Assembly: GCA_030637655.1 (NCBI GenBank) | Contig: DAOWGI010000032.1 | Span: 1 to 52,513 of the forward strand | Length of the DNA stretch: 52,513 bases | Source of the DNA: a candidate division FCPU426 bacterium | GTDB taxonomy: Bacteria; Oederibacteriota; JAAXVQ01; JAUVAV01 | Direction: 5' to 3' | Shown here: piece after piece, positions 46,258 to 52,513 of the stretch | How the letters are laid out: each line of letters opens with the position of its first letter | Numbering within the stretch: position 1 is the stretch's first letter | The notes under the pieces: generated by a model | The model's input: the letters and a program-made list of their open reading frames with translations, nothing else | Databases searched by the model: none | Told to the model about the DNA's origin: nothing | Made by a program: the position numbers and the translations under genes

Positions 46258-48072
46258 TCATAAAAGAGCAAATTTCTTTAACCGTGATTCAATCGCTCCG
46301 GAATTTCTCTTGAACACGCGGCAAATGGTCTTTATATCCTTAATCTTTCCGCAAACATATTTCAGCTCCTCATCCTCCTCTTCAGCCCAGGGTTCATAGG
46401 CTCGACGGTACGCTTTTCTGGCGTTTAAAACCGCTTCGTGGTTATAGCCGAAAGTTTCCTTTTTCAAGGAACAGGATTGGTATTTCTCATCGATCAAATT
46501 AATCCGCGGGTCAGCATAGTGTTTTTCGTCTCCGGTTTTCACCTGAGCCTGATCGACAGAATCAGCCGCTTGATATTCCCGTATGGCCTTTAAAAATATC
46601 CGGCCATACTTGGCTAACTTTACTCTGCCAACCCCCGAAACATTCAATAATTCTTGTTCATTATTGGGTTGTTGGGATGCCATTTCCAAGAGCGCGGCGT
46701 CGCTAAATACGATATACCCAGGAACATTTTGCTCATCCGCCAGCCTTCTTCGGATTTTTTTAAGTTGAATAAACAATATGTCATTCAAACCAACCGGCCT
46801 GGTGGAATGAACCATGGCCGGTTGGTTGATTTCTTTGGCAGTAACCAGCTCAGACTCCTGCATCAGAGCTTTCAAGCTGCGGCCGCAGCATACGTCGCAT
46901 GCTGCTCTGCAATCTCCGGTATTTTCATCAAAGTAAGCCAGCACAGCCTTGTGCCGACACCGCTTACTGTCTGCCAATCGAAAAAAGTCTATAGTTTTTT
47001 GGTGGGTGGCCTGCGCCAATTGCGGGTCTGATATTCCCTTTAAAAAATGCTCATAATTTTTCACGTCCACCCAGGAATAAAACAGCAGGCAATGGCTGGA
47101 AAGGCCGTCGCGGCCGGCACGGCCGATCTCCTGATAATAATTTTCAATGGTGCGGGGCATGTCGCAATGAATGATGAAGCGGACATTGGATTTGTTGATG
47201 CCCATGCCGAAAGCCACGGTGGCAACAACTACATCGGCTTTGTCCCGAATAAAAGCTTCCTGATTGCGACTTCTCTCAGAATCCGACAAGCCGGCATGAT
47301 ATGGCAGAACGGAAACCCCGCGAGCTTGCAAAAAGCTGACTAAGCTATCGACGTTTTTCTTGCTCCAGCAATAAATAATTCCGCTTTGCGATGGATTCCG
47401 GCGTATGAAATGTAATACGGCCTGCCGGATGTTCACGCCTTCTCCCTTTTTCTGGAAAGTCAGCCACAAATTGGAACGGAAAAAGGAACCTTTGTAGGCC
47501 TCGGGTTTTACCATGCCCAATTGGTGGACAATATCCTCCGCAACTTGCTTGGTGGCGGTAGCAGTGAGAGCCAGCATTGGAATATTGCCCAACTGGGTTT
47601 TCAAACCTTGCAATTTCCTATAAGCAGGCCGGAAATCATGCCCCCATTGGCTTATGCAATGTGCTTCGTCCACGACCACCATGCTGATGGGGCAGGCTTG
47701 CAGAAAATCGCGCAAAGATCCCTCCAACGCCTCGGGAGCCAGGTAGACAAGCTCATACTTCCCTTTCCGGAAATCGTTCAGGCGTTGGCGGCGTTCCTGA
47801 AAAACCACTGAGGAATTGATTAAAGTGGCTTTAAAGCCGAATGCCAGCAGCGCGTCAACCTGATCTTTCATCAAGGAAATCAATGGTGAAATGACCAAAA
47901 CCGTGCCTGTGAGAATCCGCGCTGGTATCTGAAATGTCAGTGACTTGCCCGCTCCGGTAGGCATGATGCCGAGGCAATCCCGGCTGGAAAGCACAGCCTG
48001 AATTATCTTTTCCTGGCCGGGCCGGAATTCATGATAACCGAATGTGTTTTTTAACACTTCCTGAGGATTCAT
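46258..48072 (-). CDS. recQ: RecQ-family helicase with Zn domain, HRDC and extra C-terminal HTH
   Basis: [56 protein letters not shown]...C...CDVC, HRDC. Confidence 0.9.
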   Translation of the reverse strand: MNPQEVLKNTFGYHEFRPGQEKIIQAVLSSRDCLGIMPTGAGKSLTFQIPARILTGTVLVISPLISLMKDQVDALLAFGFKATLINSSVVFQERRQRLNDFRKGKYELVYLAPEALEGSLRDFLQACPISMVVVDEAHCISQWGHDFRPAYRKLQGLKTQLGNIPMLALTATATKQVAEDIVHQLGMVKPEAYKGSFFRSNLWLTFQKKGEGVNIRQAVLHFIRRNPSQSGIIYCWSKKNVDSLVSFLQARGVSVLPYHAGLSDSERSRNQEAFIRDKADVVVATVAFGMGINKSNVRFIIHCDMPRTIENYYQEIGRAGRDGLSSHCLLFYSWVDVKNYEHFLKGISDPQLAQATHQKTIDFFRLADSKRCRHKAVLAYFDENTGDCRAACDVCCGRSLKALMQESELVTAKEINQPAMVHSTRPVGLNDILFIQLKKIRRRLADEQNVPGYIVFSDAALLEMASQQPNNEQELLNVSGVGRVKLAKYGRIFLKAIREYQAADSVDQAQVKTGDEKHYADPRINLIDEKYQSCSLKKETFGYNHEAVLNARKAYRRAYEPWAEEEDEELKYVCGKIKDIKTICRVFKRNSGAIESRLKKFALL

Positions 48073-48089
48073 TATGCTCTCACTTTCTT

Positions 48090-48123
48090 TAAGTACGCGG
48101 TACGGGACGTTGTTTGGGAATAC
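48090..48123. repeat. cassette-boundary motif copy D
   Basis: TAAGTACGCGGTACGGGACGTTGTTTGGGAATAC; 29/34 identical to copy B. Confidence 0.8.
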
Positions 48124-48129
48124 GCTGAC

Positions 48130-48226
48130 CCACGCGCCGGCCGCCTTTCCCGATCTCGATCATTTTGCTGATGTCAGCAAAATGATCCTCAATACGATGC
48201 CCGCTATTGAAACACGCCATCTTTGA
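48130..48226 (-). pseudogene. dinD: dinD fragment
   Basis: [30 protein letters not shown] resembles the DinD N-terminal region; includes a 14-bp-arm palindrome at 48158-48187. Confidence 0.6.
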
Positions 48227-48388
48227 TAAATTCGCGATAAAACTCAACCGCTTTTGCTTGTTTCGTATGAAAATGTGCCAATATCTCTTTTTTTGCCTGC
48301 CACTCATTCTTTTTCTTCCCTATTAAGACTGCATGACCTGTCCACGGATATTTATCCAATGCTTCAACGGTCTTGATAAAACCAGCGC

Positions 48389-48570
48389 GTACGGGATTGC
48401 CCGGTTTAATCCGCGGGTAATAATATGGTAAACTCCACCAGGTATGCTTAATCGTTTCTGTCTCGCCATACTTCTTATGACAACATCAATCAAAAATAAT
48501 TGCACATTTATTAAATATTTTTGCCGTACTTGCCGCCCTTATCCGATTAACCGAAAGCCGTCCCCTACCA
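48389..48570 (-). mobile_element. internally deleted RAYT/Y1-transposase element
   Basis: Left end TGGTAGGGGACGG, then MARQKRLSIPGGVYHIITRGLNR (RAYT-type N-terminus), then an abrupt junction to ATCCCGTAC. Confidence 0.75.
48511..48570. repeat. 60-bp exact direct repeat, copy 2
   Basis: Identical to 42246-42305. Confidence 0.92.
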
Positions 48571-48615
48571 GTCCCTACCACTACCACACCAAGTAGGTGG
48601 TAGTCCTTATGCTTC

Positions 48616-50400
48616 TTAAGATTCCGGTTTCGCTCCACGGACTATCCACAATTCATTGCCATTATCTTTTGCAATTAATTCCAATTCCGGCAGGCTGGCT
48701 GCCATTTTATTCATTATATTTATGGTTTTATCGTCTCGGGCCACGATATAGTAAATATTTAATTTTTTTAACATGGCATTAAACTTATCCACACTTATAT
48801 TAGCAGCCCCGGTTGAAATATCTTTTATAATATGAAAATCAAAAAAATATTTCTCCTGTGCATTGGACGATCTCGCTGTCCAGCCGCCTATCATTTTATG
48901 CTGATGATGCATTTGATAATACAGTATTTCTAATGCGTTCCAGCCCCAGGGCGGAGCAGGTAAATCCAAAACCACGTTATTTTCATTTGAATCCTGTCGA
49001 ATAATATTATAAATTTCCGGGACTCTCGGTTCATGTGTTGGAAATGGGATTGGCAGATATTCAACCAAGATTATTAACAGCAAAAATATTTGTAAAATTC
49101 TTTTTTTAACCGCATTCACTTTGATATTTTCAATTGTATAGTAGCCGGCAATAGAAACCAATACAGCCGCGGACATAATCGCCATAATAATGAATCTTGC
49201 CGGAACACGGGCTCCATTGATAACAGGTAAATAGTGAATTATTGTATAGGGCATTGGAAAAATTACTTTTATCCCATGAAATGAAAAAAGATGTGTTCCG
49301 GGAATGGCGTTGAGTGAAATACCTTTAAAATTCAAAAACGGTCCCAGGGAAAAAAGAATAAAAACAGCGCCAACAATGCACCAAAACCGCACGCTATTTT
49401 TGGACCAATATTTAACCCCGGCCAGAACACATAGTATAATTACCGAATATCCAACAAACCCGTGCATTTCAGCGCCTGGAAAAGGTATTTTCATTTTAGA
49501 AAACATTTTTACCATAAAATCACCCCAAACAAAATGCATATCCGAAGGCATTACTAAATGCAGGACATCCATTGAAAACCGTTCGGCCATGCCCCATCCT
49601 TCACCATGAATCGACATAATGTTATATTCTTTTATTGCTTTGAAAGCCATGATCCAAAAGGGGGTTAAAACCAGAATATAAACTCCGGCAATCGGCAATA
49701 CTTTTTTAAGTATTTCTTTATATTTTTTTAAGTCTAATTGAGCTTCATATATAACCCAAATACCCAATAGAATAATCAAATAAATAAAAAGCTGATAATC
49801 ACAAAAAAATTGATACCCCAGGAGCACCCCCAATGCCAACAAAGTAGTCCACCTGAATTGTTTCACATAATAATGCCAGAGTAACACAATCCAGGGCATG
49901 GCTTCCGTGCTGATCATATTAAGATGACCATGAGCATGCGCCATTTGATTGGGCGCAAAAGCAAATATAATTCCACTGATAAATGCCAACATGCGGCTGG
50001 GAACATACTGTAATACTAAAAAATATGTTCCCAGAGCGGCCACGATAAAAGAAAACATAAACAAAATATTGTAAGTCAAAATCCAATTTCCGGAACTAAA
50101 ACTCAAAAGGAAAGCAAGCGCAGCTTTGGCAGGTGTCCAAGCATGAAGAAAGAGATTGACTTGCAATGGATAATACATAAAATCCGTAATAAATGGATTT
50201 TGTAATTGAAGAATGCTTTTTTTGAAATGCCAAAATCCCCACAAGAATTGATATACATCCCCGGAAACCCCGGGTAATTTGGCTTCAAAATCCAAAATAA
50301 GCGGATAGGTAAATACAATTGCCGCAACGACAAAACCTACGAGGGCAATAACATCTTTTTTTATCTGAAAAATTTTATTTTTCCCGGTATTATCTAACAT
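48616..50400 (-). CDS. polytopic membrane protein, YfhO/GT-C glycosyltransferase-like
   Basis: GDVYQFLW..W, YYP, IFAFAP....HGHLN, LGP, RVPARF, C-terminal periplasmic domain; AT-rich; probable start 50400. Confidence 0.65.
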   Translation of the reverse strand: MLDNTGKNKIFQIKKDVIALVGFVVAAIVFTYPLILDFEAKLPGVSGDVYQFLWGFWHFKKSILQLQNPFITDFMYYPLQVNLFLHAWTPAKAALAFLLSFSSGNWILTYNILFMFSFIVAALGTYFLVLQYVPSRMLAFISGIIFAFAPNQMAHAHGHLNMISTEAMPWIVLLWHYYVKQFRWTTLLALGVLLGYQFFCDYQLFIYLIILLGIWVIYEAQLDLKKYKEILKKVLPIAGVYILVLTPFWIMAFKAIKEYNIMSIHGEGWGMAERFSMDVLHLVMPSDMHFVWGDFMVKMFSKMKIPFPGAEMHGFVGYSVIILCVLAGVKYWSKNSVRFWCIVGAVFILFSLGPFLNFKGISLNAIPGTHLFSFHGIKVIFPMPYTIIHYLPVINGARVPARFIIMAIMSAAVLVSIAGYYTIENIKVNAVKKRILQIFLLLIILVEYLPIPFPTHEPRVPEIYNIIRQDSNENNVVLDLPAPPWGWNALEILYYQMHHQHKMIGGWTARSSNAQEKYFFDFHIIKDISTGAANISVDKFNAMLKKLNIYYIVARDDKTINIMNKMAASLPELELIAKDNGNELWIVRGAKPES

Positions 50401-50405
50401 GCCTG

Positions 50406-51269
50406 CTAATTTCCAATCGCTATCCAATTCACCAGGCATTCGGCCCCAGCGCCACTTAAATCAACTGATTTAAGTGCAAAACCGGTGGCAGTGATATTAT
50501 AAACACGAACTACAACATTAATATCATGTCTGTTTGGTGTAGCAACAACAATTGGTGGATTGCTAAAACCATATATAGTAACGCCCATATCCCCATATTT
50601 ATCTGTTCCAATCATACCGGTGACAATTTTGGGATTACTAATCCCGCCATTAACTGTCGGCGCCCAGGGCGCTTTGGCTGAGGTTACTTGCCCATCACCA
50701 ATTTCATAACTTCTGATTGTTCCATCGGCGATTTCATTCCAGGTTATATTTTCAGCGGCTATATCTGAACTTATAATGCTCCTGTCTACAATCTTGTTTG
50801 AAGTTATCGTATTATCAGCAATATCTGAATTTGTTACAGCACCATCAACAATTTTTGATCCGGTGATTGAATTATCCGTTACCTGATTCGCATGCTCCGC
50901 CCGCATGGCATACGGTATACTACTCAGCGGTTTCCTCGGTGTCATGGCAGATGGTTCTCCGGAAACCCACATCTCCAAATAGTACTGAGAATTAAAATCC
51001 AATCCTGCTATGGCAAAGGTCGTAATGGATCCCAGCAACGCGGTAAAATAGCCTCTTTTCGTTGTTACAGTGTGGTTTTCGCTCCATAATTGAGTCCCGC
51101 CTGACAAAGAATTCCAAAAACTTATGGTAATGCCATAAGAACTATCCGCTACCGCTATACCGGCAGAATCGGTCAGTCTGCCTTGATAATTAATCGTAAC
51201 CGGCACAGCCGCTTGTACGCTCATGGCCATTGTAAACATTATGATGATAGCACTTGAAATCTTTTTCAT
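50406..51269 (-). CDS. secreted tail-fibre-like protein
   Basis: Signal peptide, INYQGRLTD...LWSE.H...G.F...LG, IT..KI.DG repeats, C-terminal P.VVATP...GF....NWIAIG; ATG 51269 after GGAGG. Confidence 0.65.
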   Translation of the reverse strand: MKKISSAIIIMFTMAMSVQAAVPVTINYQGRLTDSAGIAVADSSYGITISFWNSLSGGTQLWSENHTVTTKRGYFTALLGSITTFAIAGLDFNSQYYLEMWVSGEPSAMTPRKPLSSIPYAMRAEHANQVTDNSITGSKIVDGAVTNSDIADNTITSNKIVDRSIISSDIAAENITWNEIADGTIRSYEIGDGQVTSAKAPWAPTVNGGISNPKIVTGMIGTDKYGDMGVTIYGFSNPPIVVATPNRHDINVVVRVYNITATGFALKSVDLSGAGAECLVNWIAIGN

Positions 51270-51350
51270 TTTTTCCTCCGGCACATTAATGTTTTATTCC
51301 TAAATCCCTGGTCTTTTCATCCCAGAACAAAACCAGGGGGATATTAGTCA

Positions 51351-51980
51351 CTATTTGATTAACGCGATTTTCTTTTTTACAACCGTTGTCTTACCATCAT
51401 TGCTGGTGGCTTTAAAATACAAAATATAGACTCCATTGGCCATATTAGCCGCGTTCCAGATCCAGCGGTTACGCCCGGCCGGCAGCCTGTCCCATCTCCT
51501 GGATAAAACTTCCTGATTCTGCGGTGTGAATATTTTGAGTTCGACTTTTGCCGCAACTGCCAGGTCAAAAACAATATTCCCCCGTGTCCCCCGAATCGGA
51601 TTTGGAGCCACGTAGACCCAATCTTTGTGCATGATTTCTCCGGTAAAGTAACGGATCGCGGTCTGGGTTACGGTTATTGTCCTGGTAAGCGTAAGTGTCG
51701 GAGTAACGGTTACTGTAGGTGTAACTGTTGGTGTGGGGTTGGTTACAAAATAATCATTGAAAAACCCATGCTGAATGGACTTGGTCTCGCTCCATACCTG
51801 CCCAATTCCCAGATCACCCAGGCAATCAATTTTTTTGATATTCGCGCCTGTACAGGTATTGCCCCCGGCATTGATAATCATCTCATCCACACGGTAGTTG
51901 GCGGATGAGGCGGCAAATACGGAGGTACACATATAAAGCAATAAAATGCTACTGCATAAAATAACCGAATAACTTCGCAC
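51351..51980 (-). CDS. secreted protein with Pro/Thr linker and FlgD/T9SS-CTD-like C-terminal Ig domain
   Basis: Signal peptide, PTPTVTPTVTVTPT, YVAPNP...W...MANGVYI...KK.ALIK. Confidence 0.7.
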   Translation of the reverse strand: MRSYSVILCSSILLLYMCTSVFAASSANYRVDEMIINAGGNTCTGANIKKIDCLGDLGIGQVWSETKSIQHGFFNDYFVTNPTPTVTPTVTVTPTLTLTRTITVTQTAIRYFTGEIMHKDWVYVAPNPIRGTRGNIVFDLAVAAKVELKIFTPQNQEVLSRRWDRLPAGRNRWIWNAANMANGVYILYFKATSNDGKTTVVKKKIALIK

Positions 51981-52120
51981 ATGTACTCCTAAAATGATGT
52001 GTTATAACTTCTTTCCAAATATAGCAAAAACTAATTTTTTCTATCTTATTATGCATCCGAAGAAAAATACAGTTGTTTCCTTAGGTCTGCATGAAATATT
52101 TATCTTTTTCCACTTCTGAC

Positions 52121-52175
52121 GGGCGAACACAAGGTTCGCCCCTACGCCATCCGGGCCGACAATAGAATCGACCCT
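52121..52175. repeat. REP-like hairpin doublet
   Basis: GGGCGAAC-ACAAG-GTTCGCCCCTAC followed by a degenerate GGGCCGAC..TCGACCC. Confidence 0.6.
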
Positions 52176-52272
52176 TTCGGTGTGACGTCCCCCTGCATGC
52201 TTCGCTATGTCAATTTTTATTTTTCGTCAATTTGTCAAAAAACAATTCTCACTTTGACGATCGAAGGGAGGC

Positions 52273-52491
52273 TTATTTCTTTTTTCTATTCACAACTTTC
52301 CAGGTTACCTGCGCCAACCCGATCAATGTCAACACCAGACCCACAATTGTCACTGACCTGGTCAATTCCCGCAAATAGCCAAGTACTCCCAGATACACAA
52401 AGGTCGTATTCACTGCGAATCCGCCAAAAAGCAGGATTAATCCGAGCGGCAATAGTATTTTTTTCTTTTTTACTTTTGGTTCATTATTCAT
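52273..52491 (-). CDS. small membrane protein
   Basis: 72 aa, basic termini, two TM segments. Confidence 0.5.
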   Translation of the reverse strand: MNNEPKVKKKKILLPLGLILLFGGFAVNTTFVYLGVLGYLRELTRSVTIVGLVLTLIGLAQVTWKVVNRKKK

Positions 52492-52513
52492 AAGTCACCA
52501 GACTTTTTTTGTA

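Noticed and set aside
44443-48123. CRISPR array or integron attC sites
   Set aside because: Spacing is 0.6-1.9 kb and gene-sized, there are no cas or intI genes, and the motif lacks the RYYYAAC...GTTRRRY attC structure.
326-52493. Plus-strand ORFs in the track
   Set aside because: Nearly all are antisense shadows of well-supported minus-strand genes and show no recognisable motifs.

Overview
Bacterial chromosomal window; every credible gene is on the minus strand. It has four zones. (1) 1-23.1 kb is mostly housekeeping: the start of a probable anti-phage dCTP deaminase, two GT4 glycosyltransferases, proS, ispG-rseP-dxr-cdsA-uppS-frr-pyrH-tsf-rpsB, argC, three SurA/PrsA-like foldases and mfd. 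Intergenic spaces hold small MITEs with 8-bp target duplications and REP-like palindromes. (2) 23.2-34.4 kb is a type I restriction-modification operon (hsdM, hsdS, hsdR) carrying defence cargo: a Schlafen/AlbA_2 protein, a PC4-like/HEPN(Ymh) fusion, a DUF6933-like protein and a DarTG toxin-antitoxin pair. Between the Schlafen and HEPN genes lies an unexplained 266-310 nt highly base-paired element. It has a tRNA-like acceptor stem, T-arm and CCA end, a ~210-nt rod, and an internal Shine-Dalgarno-led mini-ORF, i.e. tmRNA-like topology without alanine identity. (3) 34.5-44.3 kb encodes large secreted/outer-membrane proteins and a probable polymorphic toxin-immunity locus with a decayed orphan module. 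(4) 44.4-48.6 kb is an array of unrelated cargo genes (WapI-like, MNT-HEPN, atypical RecQ, dinD fragment) separated by copies of a ~24-bp motif that mirrors the end of a truncated RAYT-type Y1 transposase element; surface-protein genes follow. All family assignments come from motif recognition by eye; no searches or folding programs were run.
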